The notes beneath the pieces are model-generated. The model saw only the letters and a program-made list of their open reading frames with translations, was not told the origin of the DNA and ran no database searches. Position numbers and translations under genes: made by a program. Shown here piece by piece: positions 1-11,064 of a stretch of DNA of 64,000 nt. The stretch's first letter is position 1. Each line of letters starts with the position of its first letter. Source of the DNA: Planctomycetota bacterium (GTDB taxonomy: Bacteria; Planctomycetota; PLA2; JAEUHO01); NCBI GenBank assembly GCA_965223505.1, contig CBDCWP010000013.1, positions 1 through 64,000 on the forward strand. The letters run 5' to 3'.

Positions 1-1789
<1,789 letters not shown>

Positions 1790-1850
1790 GGGCCCTAGTA
1801 TTCCCCCGATGCGCCCGTGAATCAGCCTGGGGAAGGGGTGTTCGCCGATG

Positions 1851-1892
1851 CCCGCCTCCCGTCTCCCTTCTCCAAGATCCCGTTTCCCGCCT
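1851..1892. repeat. Heptamer tandem repeat, CCCGYYT-like x6
   Basis: cccgcct cccgtct cccttct ccaagat cccgttt cccgcct in the divergent intergenic region. Confidence 0.7.
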
Positions 1893-1965
1893 CCTCTCCG
1901 GACATCCCTGGCAGGACTCCCCCCGTCCCTGTATCCCGGCGGGCCCTACCCGGAGACAACCCGAC

Positions 1966-3159
1966 ATGCGCTTCGAGAACGCCTATCTCCCCGCCGGTGG
2001 CTACTGGTCCTCGCCCTTCGTCAAGTGGCAAGGCAGCTTCGCGAACCTGCACACCGTCAAGTTCGCGGCCGACGTGACCAACAAAGCGCTCGACGCCAAG
2101 GGCATCGACCGCGGCGCGCTCGACTCCCTGGTCTTCGGCTGGACGGTGCCGGCCAAGCGGATCTTCTACGGCGCGCCGTGGATCGCGGGCCTCATCGGCG
2201 CGCCGGACATCACCGGCGCGATGATCAGCCAGGCCTGTGCGACGGGCGCCGCGGCGCTTGCCCACGCCGGCGCGCAGGTCGACGCCGGCGGCGCGCACGC
2301 AACGGTCGTCATCACGGCGGACAAGTGCAGCAACGGTCCGCACCTCTACCACCCGAACCCCTCGGGCCCCGGCGGCAAGGGCGACGGCGAAGACTGGGTG
2401 TGGGACAACTTCAGCTTCGACCCGTGGGCGAAGAACTCGATGATCCAGACCGCGGAGAACGTGGCCGCGGAGGCGGGCATCACGCGCGAGGAGCAGGACG
2501 CGCTCACGCAGCGCCGGTACGAGCAGTACAAGGAAGGCGTCGACAGCGGGTTCCAGGCGCGCTACATGATCTCGCCCTACGAGATCAACCCGTCGGGCCG
2601 CAAGGTCATCGGCGTCGTCGAGGGCGACGAGGGCGTGTTCCCGACGACGACGGAGGGTCTCGCGAAGCTGCGGCCGATGATGCCCGAAGGCACGATCACG
2701 TTCGGTTCGCAGACGCACCCGGCCGACGGCACGGCGGGCATGATCGTCGCGGACAAGGAGCGCGCGCAAGCGATGGGCGGCGGCGAAGAGCCGGTGCGGC
2801 TGGTCTCGTACGGCGTCGCGCGCGTCGAGAAGGGCTACATGGCGAAGGCCGTGGTGCCGGCGGCCTTGAAGGCGCTCGACGCGGCCGGGATCGCGGTGGG
2901 CGACTGCAAGGTCATCAAGACGCACAACCCGTTCGCGGTGAACGACATCTACATGGCGCGCGAGCTGGGGATCGAAGCCGAGGGCTTCAACAACAACGGC
3001 TGTTCGCTGACCTACGGCCATCCGCAGGGCCCGACGGGCACGCGGTTGATCGCCGAGGCGATCGAGGAAGCGCGCATGAACGGCGGCGGGCACGTGCTGT
3101 TCGCGGGCTGCGCGGCGGGTGACACGGCGGCGGCCGTGGTGCTGGAGGTGGCCTCGTAG
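1966..3159 (+). CDS. Thiolase family protein (acetyl-CoA C-acyltransferase)
   Basis: ISQACATG nucleophile Cys, YGHPQGPTG, C-terminal GCAAGD; NEAF position reads HNPF. Confidence 0.9.
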   Translation: MRFENAYLPAGGYWSSPFVKWQGSFANLHTVKFAADVTNKALDAKGIDRGALDSLVFGWTVPAKRIFYGAPWIAGLIGAPDITGAMISQACATGAAALAHAGAQVDAGGAHATVVITADKCSNGPHLYHPNPSGPGGKGDGEDWVWDNFSFDPWAKNSMIQTAENVAAEAGITREEQDALTQRRYEQYKEGVDSGFQARYMISPYEINPSGRKVIGVVEGDEGVFPTTTEGLAKLRPMMPEGTITFGSQTHPADGTAGMIVADKERAQAMGGGEEPVRLVSYGVARVEKGYMAKAVVPAALKALDAAGIAVGDCKVIKTHNPFAVNDIYMARELGIEAEGFNNNGCSLTYGHPQGPTGTRLIAEAIEEARMNGGGHVLFAGCAAGDTAAAVVLEVAS

Positions 3160-3160
3160 G

Positions 3161-4197
3161 TGTCATTGCTGAGCAGGTTGTAGACATCCCGGGAATCCCG
3201 GAACTTGGGGGTTGCGAAACCCAACCCAAGTCACCGGGAGGCTCCCAGGATGAACCTGCACTCTAACGCTCGAACGACGCCGCGAACTCGACTGCTGCTT
3301 GTGCAGCGGGTTTTGGAGGAAGGATGGCGCGTTTCGGACGCTGCCGAGGCGATGGGAATCAGCCGAGGCACGGCCTACAAGTGGCTTGGGCGCTACGAGG
3401 CAGAGGGCGAAGGGGGTCTGTCGGATCGCAGTTCGGCGCCGAGTCGAGTGTGGAACCGAACGCCGGCGCGATTGGTACGGCGAATCGAGCAGCTACGCCG
3501 CAGGAAGCTGATCGGCTGGGCGATCGCAACGCGGCTGCGGATGGCGCTTTCCACCGTGGGTGGCATCTTGCGGCGGCTGGGACTAGGGCGGCTGAGCGCA
3601 CTGGAGCCCAAGGAGCCTGTGGTGCGCTATGAGCGCGAGCGTCCGGGCGAGCTGATCCACCTGGACGTGAAGAAACTGGGGCGCTTCAAGCATCCGGGCA
3701 GGCGTGTGGACCCGGATCCGCGTTGCCGCAACCGAGGCCTGGGCTGGGAGTACCTGCACGTTTGCGTGGACGATCACACGCGCCTGGCATACGCAGAGAT
3801 CTTGCCCAACGAGCGCGCGGAGTCGGCGGTGGGTTTCCTACAGCGAGTTGCGCACTGGCTACACGTTCACGGCGTGCGCGTGGAGCGCGTCATGACGGAC
3901 AACGCCGCGTCGTACCGCGGCTTCGCCTTCCAGGCCGCGCTCAAGGAGCTGGGAGCTCGCCACGTACGCACACGGCCGTATCGGCCCCAGACGAATGGCA
4001 AGGCCGAGCGGTTCATCCAAACGACGCTGCGCAAGTGGGCCCACGTGAAGCCCTACCGCAGCAGCCGCGCTCGAGCCAAGGCCCTCGGGCCTTGGCTCGA
4101 GCACTACAACCGACGCAAGCCTCACGCTAGCCTTGGAGGCAAGACCCCCTTCGAGCGGCTTCAGGCTGCGGTGTAAACAACGTGCTCAGCACTGAGA
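3161..4197 (+). mobile_element. IS481-family insertion sequence
   Basis: Imperfect terminal inverted repeats: left tgtcattgctgagcaggttgtagaca, right (reverse complement) tctcagtgctgagcacgttgtttaca. CGTAGG duplicated at 3155-3160 and 4198-4203. Single transposase ORF. Confidence 0.93.
3250..4176 (+). CDS. IS481-family DDE transposase
   Basis: MNLHSNARTTP N-terminus and HTH; PGELIHLDVKKLG, VMTDN, RPQTNGKAERF, HYNRRKPH; GGGAGG RBS. Confidence 0.95.
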   Translation: MNLHSNARTTPRTRLLLVQRVLEEGWRVSDAAEAMGISRGTAYKWLGRYEAEGEGGLSDRSSAPSRVWNRTPARLVRRIEQLRRRKLIGWAIATRLRMALSTVGGILRRLGLGRLSALEPKEPVVRYERERPGELIHLDVKKLGRFKHPGRRVDPDPRCRNRGLGWEYLHVCVDDHTRLAYAEILPNERAESAVGFLQRVAHWLHVHGVRVERVMTDNAASYRGFAFQAALKELGARHVRTRPYRPQTNGKAERFIQTTLRKWAHVKPYRSSRARAKALGPWLEHYNRRKPHASLGGKTPFERLQAAV

Positions 4198-4198
4198 C

Positions 4199-4247
4199 GT
4201 AGGGGCAGCCGCGGACGCCATTGGGCGACCACGAGGGTCGCCCCTAC
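4199..4247. repeat. GTAG-type REP-like inverted pair
   Basis: gtaggggcagcc...gggcgaccacgagggtcgcccctac; minus strand reads GTAGGGGCGACCCTCGTGGTCGCCC (GTAG plus hairpin). Confidence 0.7.
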
Positions 4248-5062
4248 CGGCCCTTGTAGTCGGGCTTGCGCTTCTCCAGGAAGGCGTTCAAGCCCTCACG
4301 CATGTCGTCGGTCGACGAGATGATGCCGAAGAGGTCGCACTCGATGCGCAATCCCTCTTCCTGGGACGTCTCGGTGCCGCGCAAGACGGACTCCGTCGCC
4401 ATCGCCAATGCCAGCGGCCCGTTCCCCAACATCGCGCCCGCGAGCTTCTCCGTTTCCGCGCGCAGCTCGGCCGCAGGTGCGACGCGGTTCACGAGGCCGA
4501 ACTTCTCCGCGGTCTCGGCGTCGATCGGCTTGCCCGTCAGGATCATCTCCAACGCGCGACCGCGACCGATGATGCGCGGCAACCGCTGCGTGCCGCCGTA
4601 GCCGGGAATGATCGACAAACCGACCTCCGGCAACCCGATGCGCGTCTCGGCAGCGAGGGTGCGCAGGTGGCACGCGAGTGCGAGCTCGAGGCCGCCACCG
4701 AAGGCGAAGCCGTTGATCATCGCGATCACCGGCTTGCCGAGACTCTCGATGCGCGCCAACACGCGCTGACCGCGAAGCGACTTCGCCTTGCCGCCGCGCA
4801 CCGTCTGCGTCGCCAGCTCCCCGATGTCGGCGCCGGCCACGAACGCCTTCTCGCCGGCGCCCGTGAGAATGACCACGCCGCAGCTCTCGTCGTCGCCGGC
4901 GCGAATGAAGGCGGCGTCGATCTCCGCCATCACCTCGTCGTTGAGCGCGTTGAGCTTGTCCGGGCGGTTGACCGTGATGGTCGCGATCCGGTCGGCGACC
5001 TCGTAGGTGACGTACTTCCAGTCCACGAGGACCTCCTTGGGCGTCTTGCTAGCTGTAGTCAT
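4244..5062 (-). CDS. crt: Enoyl-CoA hydratase (crotonase)
   Basis: NRPDKLNAL, AFVAGADI, GGGLELALAC, PEVGLSIIPGYGGTQRLPR. Confidence 0.92.
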   Translation of the reverse strand: MTTASKTPKEVLVDWKYVTYEVADRIATITVNRPDKLNALNDEVMAEIDAAFIRAGDDESCGVVILTGAGEKAFVAGADIGELATQTVRGGKAKSLRGQRVLARIESLGKPVIAMINGFAFGGGLELALACHLRTLAAETRIGLPEVGLSIIPGYGGTQRLPRIIGRGRALEMILTGKPIDAETAEKFGLVNRVAPAAELRAETEKLAGAMLGNGPLALAMATESVLRGTETSQEEGLRIECDLFGIISSTDDMREGLNAFLEKRKPDYKGR

Positions 5063-5900
5063 AGAAGCCGCGGCCCGACTTGCGGCCGTTGCGGCCGGCG
5101 GCGACCAGGCGACGCAGCATGGGCGGCGCCGAGTAACGGAACTCCTTGAACTCGTGGAACATGATGTCCGCGATGTACATCGTGGTGTCCAGGCCGACGA
5201 AGTCGAGCAGCTCGAGCGGGCCCATCGGGTGGCCGCAGCCGAGCTTCATGCCCGCGTCGATGTCCTCCTTGGTCGCCACGCCGCTCTCCAGCGCCCGAAT
5301 GGCGTCGAGCAGGTACGGCACGAGGAGCAGGTTCACGACGAACCCCGGGGAGTCCTTCGCCCGCACGACCGTCTTGCCGACCTTCTCGCCGAAGGCACAG
5401 GCCGCGTCGAACACCTCGTCAGTGGTGTCGAGCGTGCGCACGACCTCGACCAGGCGCATGAGCGGGACGGGGTTGAAGAAGTGCAGGCCGACGAAGTTGC
5501 CGGGCCGATTCGTCGCGACGGCCATGTCGCCGACCGCGAGCGACGACGTGTTCGAGGAGAAGATCGCGTGCTCGGGGCAGATGCCGTCGAGCTCAGCGAA
5601 AAGTTCCTTCTTGATGTCGAGGTTCTCGATGATGGCCTCGACGACCAGGTCGCAGCTGCCGAAGTCGGAGAGGCTCGTCGTCCAGGTGATCTTCGCGAGC
5701 ACGGCGTTCATGTCGTCCTCGGACATCTTGCCCTTCGCCACCGCCTTGCCGAGGAAGCCCTCGACACGGCCCGTGCCCTTGGCAAGCGCGTCGTCATCGA
5801 CCTCGCGAACCACAACGTCATAGCCGGCCTGCGCGGCGATCTGCGCAATGCCGGATCCCATCAGTCCGCAACCGACGACTCCGACCGTCTTGAGCTCCAT
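5049..5900 (-). CDS. hbd: 3-hydroxybutyryl-CoA dehydrogenase
   Basis: GCGLMGSGIA Rossmann motif, SSNTSSL, GLHFFNPVP, GHPMGPL; start placed at MELKTV. Confidence 0.93.
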   Translation of the reverse strand: MELKTVGVVGCGLMGSGIAQIAAQAGYDVVVREVDDDALAKGTGRVEGFLGKAVAKGKMSEDDMNAVLAKITWTTSLSDFGSCDLVVEAIIENLDIKKELFAELDGICPEHAIFSSNTSSLAVGDMAVATNRPGNFVGLHFFNPVPLMRLVEVVRTLDTTDEVFDAACAFGEKVGKTVVRAKDSPGFVVNLLLVPYLLDAIRALESGVATKEDIDAGMKLGCGHPMGPLELLDFVGLDTTMYIADIMFHEFKEFRYSAPPMLRRLVAAGRNGRKSGRGFYDYS

Positions 5901-6089
5901 TCGTTTCCTCTCCCTTGCCCGGGAAGATGTGCTTGGTGCGGCCAAGAGTGGTTGTTGGCCGCGTTTTCACCCGGGCCGCGCATGGTAGAGCCCCGCGCGG
6001 GCGGCCCCAAGCCGAGGACACAGCGCAAGCGCGGCGGCGTCCGTAATCGGCGCGGAATCGAGGTTCCCGGGGCCCCGGGGCCGCCGGTG

Positions 6090-6374
6090 CTAGTCCATCG
6101 AGTCCTTGACGAGGTCCTCGAACTCGTTGCCGTCGAGGTCCTTGTAGCGCTTGCCCTTGCGCTTGAGCTTTTCGTTCATGCGGATGACGAGATCCTGCAT
6201 GCGCTCGTGCGTCTCCTCGCTTCCACCGACGAGCAGGAAGTCGCTCCCGCTGGTCACACGCTTGTGGCCGTCACGGTTGTCGAGACCGACACCGAGCAGT
6301 CCGCCCTCGCCCTTGCTCTGCTTCTTGAGCTCGAGGGCTTCGGCGGGAAGACGAGTGGGTTTCTGCGTCGACAT
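6090..6374 (-). CDS. Small hypothetical protein
   Basis: 94 aa with coding-like codon use (LLGVGLDNRDGHKRVT...GGSEETHERMQ); TATCCT 8 nt before ATG. Confidence 0.75.
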   Translation of the reverse strand: MSTQKPTRLPAEALELKKQSKGEGGLLGVGLDNRDGHKRVTSGSDFLLVGGSEETHERMQDLVIRMNEKLKRKGKRYKDLDGNEFEDLVKDSMD

Positions 6375-6647
6375 GGGCGCACAGGATAGCGATCTGACTA
6401 GCGGGATGCACCCGGACGCAAGGCGAACAATGCAGACTTTTTCGAGGCGTTAGCCGGTCGTTCGGAAGCCTTCCGTAACGCGTGACGATCACCTTTCACC
6501 ATCGATCGTTTCGTCGAATTCGATCCTTCATGCGGCGTCACACCGCAACAGGCAGGTGCATGTCACGGCGTTTTTCCACAATCGGGAAGGAAGCTTCCCA
6601 TTCCATGACAATTCGCGGGCGCTCGGCGCGCTGCGCCTCGCCCTGGG

Positions 6648-9446
6648 CTAGTGCGCGTCACTCCAATTCGCGCCGGTGCCCATGTCCACGACGACCGGAA
6701 CGTCCAGCGGCAGCGCACCGCTCATCTCCTCCGTGACCATCGTCTTCAGGCGTTCCATCTCGTCGTCGGGCGCCTCGAACAGCAGCTCGTCGTGAATCTG
6801 GATCAGCATGCGCGCCCGGAACCCGTCGCCCCGCAAGCGCCGGTCGATGCGGATCATCGCCAGCTTGATCATGTCGGCCGCCGTGCCCTGCAGCGGCGTG
6901 TTCACGGCGACGTTCTCGGCCTGTGCGCGCGTGCGCGGATCGTCGCCGGTGAGCTCGGGCAAGTAGCGGCGACGCCCCATAAGCGTCGTGACGTAACCGT
7001 TCTCGCGCGCGCCCGCGATCGTGTCGTCGAGGTACTTGCGTACGCCCGGGAGCGACTCGAAGTAGCTCTGAATGAACCCGCGCGCCTCGGCCAGCGTCAC
7101 CTTCGTCTCGCGCGCGAGGCGTTGCGGGCCCATGCCGTAGATCACGCCGAAGTTCACGGCCTTCGCGCGACTGCGAAGCTCGGGCGTGACGTCGTCCGGT
7201 TCGACCTTGAATACGCGCGCCGCCGTGGCGCGGTGAATGTCCTCTCCGGCTTCGAACGCAGCCCGCAGGTGCTCGTCGCCGGACATGTGCGCCATCAGGC
7301 GCAGCTCGATCTGACTGTAGTCGGCCGAGAGGAACTGCCAGCCGTCCTCCGGGACGAAGGCACGCCGGATGGTGCGGCCTTCCTCCGAGCGAATCGGGAT
7401 GTTCTGCAGGTTCGGGTCGCTCGACGAGAGCCGGCCGGTCGCCGCCCCGGTCTGATGGAAACACGTGTGCACGCGTTTCGTCGTCGGATGGACGTACTGC
7501 GGAAGCGAGTCGACATACGTGCTCTTGAGCTTCGAGAGATGGCGGTATTCGAGGACGAGGCCCGGCAGCTCGTGGAACGACTCGAGGTCGCGCAGCGTCT
7601 GCTCGTCGGTCGCCCAGCCGCCGCCTTTGGAGGTCTTCTTCGGTTGCCGGCGTCCGGCCAGCTTGTGCAGCTCGAGATCGTCGAACAGGATCTTCGCGAG
7701 CGACGCCGTCGAGCGGATGTTGAACGGTTCGCCCGCGAGCGCGTGGATGCGGTCCTCGAGGTCGGCGATGCGCGTCTCGAGGTCCTTGCTGATCACGGCG
7801 AGCTTCTGCGTATCCAGGCGAATGCCGTTCTGCTCCATGCGCACCAGCACCGGCAGCAGTGGCATCTCGACCTCGTCGAAGACGCGCTGCACCTCCTTCT
7901 CGGGCAGCTCGGCGGCGAAGAGATCGCGCAGCCGCAGCGTGACGTCGGCGTCCTCGCAGGCGTAGTCGGACACCTTGTCGACGGGCACGTCGCGCATCGT
8001 GATCTCGGACTTGCCCTTTCCGATCAGGTCGGACGTGGGGATCTTCTTGATGCCGAGCCGGCCGAGGGCCAACCCGTCGAGGTTGTGGATCCGGCTGCCC
8101 GGATCGAGACAGAAGCTGGCGACCATCGTGTCGAAGAACGGCCCGGCGACGCGCAGCCCGTGGTGCGCGAGCACGTGAAGGTCGTACTTCATGTTCTGTC
8201 CGCACTTCAAGATCGACGGGTCTTCGAGCGGTCCGCGAAGCGCGTCGATCACGGGTTCGATGTCGGCGCTCGGCCCCGACTCGGCGAAGAGCGTGCCCTC
8301 GAGCTCGCGCGATCCGGTCGTGCCGCCGTACATCGACGGCTCCTTGTTGCAGGGCACGTACCACGCCAGCCCTTCGATCCAGGAGAACGACAGGCCGACC
8401 AGCTCCGCGCGGTGCGGATCGATGCCGGTGGTCTCGGTATCGAAGACGAAGCCGCCGGCGTACTTGGTGTTCGAGAGCGTCCGCGCCAACTCGTCGACCT
8501 TTTCCGGCGTGTCGACGAGGATATAGTTCACCTCGTCCTTGGACGCCGTGCCCTGGATCTCGTCGAGCTTCTGCAAGTGCACGTGGAAGTCGAGCTCGAC
8601 GTACAAGTCGCGCAGCGCTTCGGTGTCGATCTCGCCGCGCTCGAGATCCGGGATCTCCAGCGGGACGTCGGTGTCGATCGTGACGAGCTTGCGGCTCAGC
8701 CGCGCCTGGTCGGCGAATTCGACGAGCCGCTCGGACAGCTTCTTCTGCTTGACGTCGGTCGCGTGTGCGAGGACGTCGTCCATCGAGCCCCATTCCTTGA
8801 CCAGCTTCAGCGCGGTCTTGGGGCCCACGCCGGGCACGCCGGGCACGTTGTCGGACGAGTCCCCCATCAGTCCCATGACGTCGACGACGAGCTCCGGCCG
8901 GACGCCGAACTTCTCTTCCGTCTCGTCGGGGCCGACGAGCGCGACGGCGCTCTGGCCGGGCTTCATGATGTTGTAGAGACGGATCTTCTCCGTCACGAGC
9001 TGCATCATGTCCTTGTCGCCGGAGACGATCCACACGTCCTTGCCGGCTTCGGCTTCCTTCTTGGCCAGGGTGCCGATGACGTCGTCGGCTTCGTAGCCTT
9101 CGATGCTGACGAAGGGAATGCCGAGGCCTTCGATCGCGCGGCGGATCCACGTGAGCTGCGGGATCATCTCCTCGGGCATCTTCTCGCGGGTGGCCTTGTA
9201 GTCCGGGAACATCTCGTGCCGGAACGTGTCGCCGGGGGCGTCGAAGACGACCGCGATCTCGTCCGGTCGTTCCTGCTCGATGATGCGGTCGAGCGCGGTC
9301 AGGAAGCCGTAGACCGCGCTGGTGAGCACACCTTGGGCGTTGGTCAAGGGGCTGCGAATGAAGGCGAAGTGCGAGCGGTAGGCCAGAGCCATGCCGTCGA
9401 GGAGGAAGACGCGCTTCGACGTCGACTTTGTGAGGGGCTCCGGCAT
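6648..9446 (-). CDS. polA: DNA polymerase I
   Basis: 5'-3' exonuclease (LLDG, EADDVIG, GDSSDNVPG), 3'-5' exonuclease (FDTETTG), polymerase (TGRLSSSDPNLQNIP, ADYSQIELR, QIHDELL). Confidence 0.98.
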   Translation of the reverse strand: MPEPLTKSTSKRVFLLDGMALAYRSHFAFIRSPLTNAQGVLTSAVYGFLTALDRIIEQERPDEIAVVFDAPGDTFRHEMFPDYKATREKMPEEMIPQLTWIRRAIEGLGIPFVSIEGYEADDVIGTLAKKEAEAGKDVWIVSGDKDMMQLVTEKIRLYNIMKPGQSAVALVGPDETEEKFGVRPELVVDVMGLMGDSSDNVPGVPGVGPKTALKLVKEWGSMDDVLAHATDVKQKKLSERLVEFADQARLSRKLVTIDTDVPLEIPDLERGEIDTEALRDLYVELDFHVHLQKLDEIQGTASKDEVNYILVDTPEKVDELARTLSNTKYAGGFVFDTETTGIDPHRAELVGLSFSWIEGLAWYVPCNKEPSMYGGTTGSRELEGTLFAESGPSADIEPVIDALRGPLEDPSILKCGQNMKYDLHVLAHHGLRVAGPFFDTMVASFCLDPGSRIHNLDGLALGRLGIKKIPTSDLIGKGKSEITMRDVPVDKVSDYACEDADVTLRLRDLFAAELPEKEVQRVFDEVEMPLLPVLVRMEQNGIRLDTQKLAVISKDLETRIADLEDRIHALAGEPFNIRSTASLAKILFDDLELHKLAGRRQPKKTSKGGGWATDEQTLRDLESFHELPGLVLEYRHLSKLKSTYVDSLPQYVHPTTKRVHTCFHQTGAATGRLSSSDPNLQNIPIRSEEGRTIRRAFVPEDGWQFLSADYSQIELRLMAHMSGDEHLRAAFEAGEDIHRATAARVFKVEPDDVTPELRSRAKAVNFGVIYGMGPQRLARETKVTLAEARGFIQSYFESLPGVRKYLDDTIAGARENGYVTTLMGRRRYLPELTGDDPRTRAQAENVAVNTPLQGTAADMIKLAMIRIDRRLRGDGFRARMLIQIHDELLFEAPDDEMERLKTMVTEEMSGALPLDVPVVVDMGTGANWSDAH

Positions 9447-9498
9447 GGCGGGATTGTGCCAAGGGCGACTCCCACTGCACTATCGGTACCATCCCGAC

Positions 9499-11013
9499 GT
9501 GGACGAGCCCACGCCCGAACCGGAGCTCTTCGTCGCACGCGACCGCGCGCGGCAGTTCCACCGTCGCATCAGCGAGGTGCTCAAGGAGCGTCGCCTGGCC
9601 TACCGCGGCGCCGACATCGGCATGGAGACGGTGTCGGACAAGGCGCATGAGCAGTTGAGGGAGATCGCTGCCGACATCGTGAAGTCGGTCAAGGAGATCG
9701 AACAGGGGCGCGTTCGGGACCGCGAGCGCGGTTTCATGGAGACGCCGCTGGTCATCGCCTTGTGGACGACGCTCTGGCACGCGGCCGGCGCGGCGGACAT
9801 CGAGCACGCCCGCAAGACACGCATGGTCCCGGAAGAGATCGCGCGTACGTCGGTCGTCGAGCTTCTCGAGGCGGCGCTGCGTCGCCTCGACGCCTTCACC
9901 GCGGCCTACGACAGCAAGCAGCCTGTCGGACCGTCCTCGATGGTCGATCTGGAGCACGTACTCGAGCACGTGGAGCGGCTGCATCGCGCCCGCAGTCTCG
10001 GCAGCCACGCGATCGACGAGGACGCCGCCTTCGATCGGCCCCCGCCGCCGCTTCGAACGGACGGCGTTCTGCTCGCCGACCTGCTTCTCGAAGCGCGCAC
10101 GTGGGCGCCGCGCGACGCCGGGCCGTGGCGCGTGGAGGCCGCAGCGCCAGGACGGCCGCTCCGACTCGTGATCGGCGCGATCCAGGAAGGTGGCGAGAAT
10201 CGGCACGTCCACGATGAGATGAACCGCATTCGCGGTCTCCTGACGAAGCTGCATCCGGTCGAGATCCGCTGCAACGGACGTCCGAAGCGCAAGATCGACG
10301 CCGGGCTACTCTCGGAACCAGAGGAAGACGACACCTCGACGGGGATCGACTGCATCGAGATCCTGCTGGCCGACGACGCGGCGGCGGGTCTCGAGACGGT
10401 GCTCGAGGCGTGCGCGGGGCGGGACGCGAAGCTCGGTCCGGGGGCGGAGAAAGCGGTGCGCGCGCTGATGGCCGCGCCGAACCTGCCGGACGACGGACCG
10501 CCGCCGCCCGATCGCGTCGTGGCGTTGATGGGACTGTTGAAAGCCGTGGACGTCGAGCTCGAGCGCGTCCTGCCGTCACGCGCGACGACCGCGCACTGCC
10601 GGGTGACGGCGAGCCAGGTGCCGCGGGAGGACACGCGCAAGGCGCCGGTGAAGCGCGACTTCGCGCAGCGGTTGGCGACCGCGTTCGAGGACTTTCCGGT
10701 GCAGCGCTTGAGCGACGTGGCGGCGGCGGCGGCGAACGGCAAGCTGACGCACAAGCACTGGGCGCCGTTCGACGCGGCGGTGCTGCTCGCCGTCTTGGGG
10801 CGGCCGTGGCGGCACGGCGGCCGGGACGTGGATCGATCGATGGAGCTCGATCCGTTGTCCGACGCGGATGTGAAGGAGCTGATTGCCGACTTGTGCGCGT
10901 TTCAGTCCGTGCGTGCGCGGCTGGAGACCGGCGCGGCGGTGGATCCGGCGGACGTTACGCGCATGGAGCGCGCGGGGATCGGCGTCTTGGGACGGCTCGG
11001 GCGGTTGCCGTAG
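9499..11013 (+). CDS. Hypothetical protein (about 500 aa)
   Basis: Long ORF with normal codon bias; GTG 9499 chosen because TACCAT lies 6 nt upstream and it avoids overlap with polA. Confidence 0.7.
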   Translation: MDEPTPEPELFVARDRARQFHRRISEVLKERRLAYRGADIGMETVSDKAHEQLREIAADIVKSVKEIEQGRVRDRERGFMETPLVIALWTTLWHAAGAADIEHARKTRMVPEEIARTSVVELLEAALRRLDAFTAAYDSKQPVGPSSMVDLEHVLEHVERLHRARSLGSHAIDEDAAFDRPPPPLRTDGVLLADLLLEARTWAPRDAGPWRVEAAAPGRPLRLVIGAIQEGGENRHVHDEMNRIRGLLTKLHPVEIRCNGRPKRKIDAGLLSEPEEDDTSTGIDCIEILLADDAAAGLETVLEACAGRDAKLGPGAEKAVRALMAAPNLPDDGPPPPDRVVALMGLLKAVDVELERVLPSRATTAHCRVTASQVPREDTRKAPVKRDFAQRLATAFEDFPVQRLSDVAAAAANGKLTHKHWAPFDAAVLLAVLGRPWRHGGRDVDRSMELDPLSDADVKELIADLCAFQSVRARLETGAAVDPADVTRMERAGIGVLGRLGRLP

Positions 11014-11064
11014 GTAAGGGCAGCCCTCGTGGCTGCCCAAGGAGACCGCATGGGGCGCCCCTAC
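11014..11064. repeat. REP-like pair between convergent genes
   Basis: gtaagggcagccctcgtggctgccc ... ggggcgcccctac, same family as 4199-4247. Confidence 0.65.

Noticed and set aside
6400..6647. Relatively AT-rich intergenic region with one DnaA-box match (TTTTCCACA, 6572-6580) as a possible oriC
   Set aside because: Single box, no clear unwinding element and no dnaA/dnaN context.
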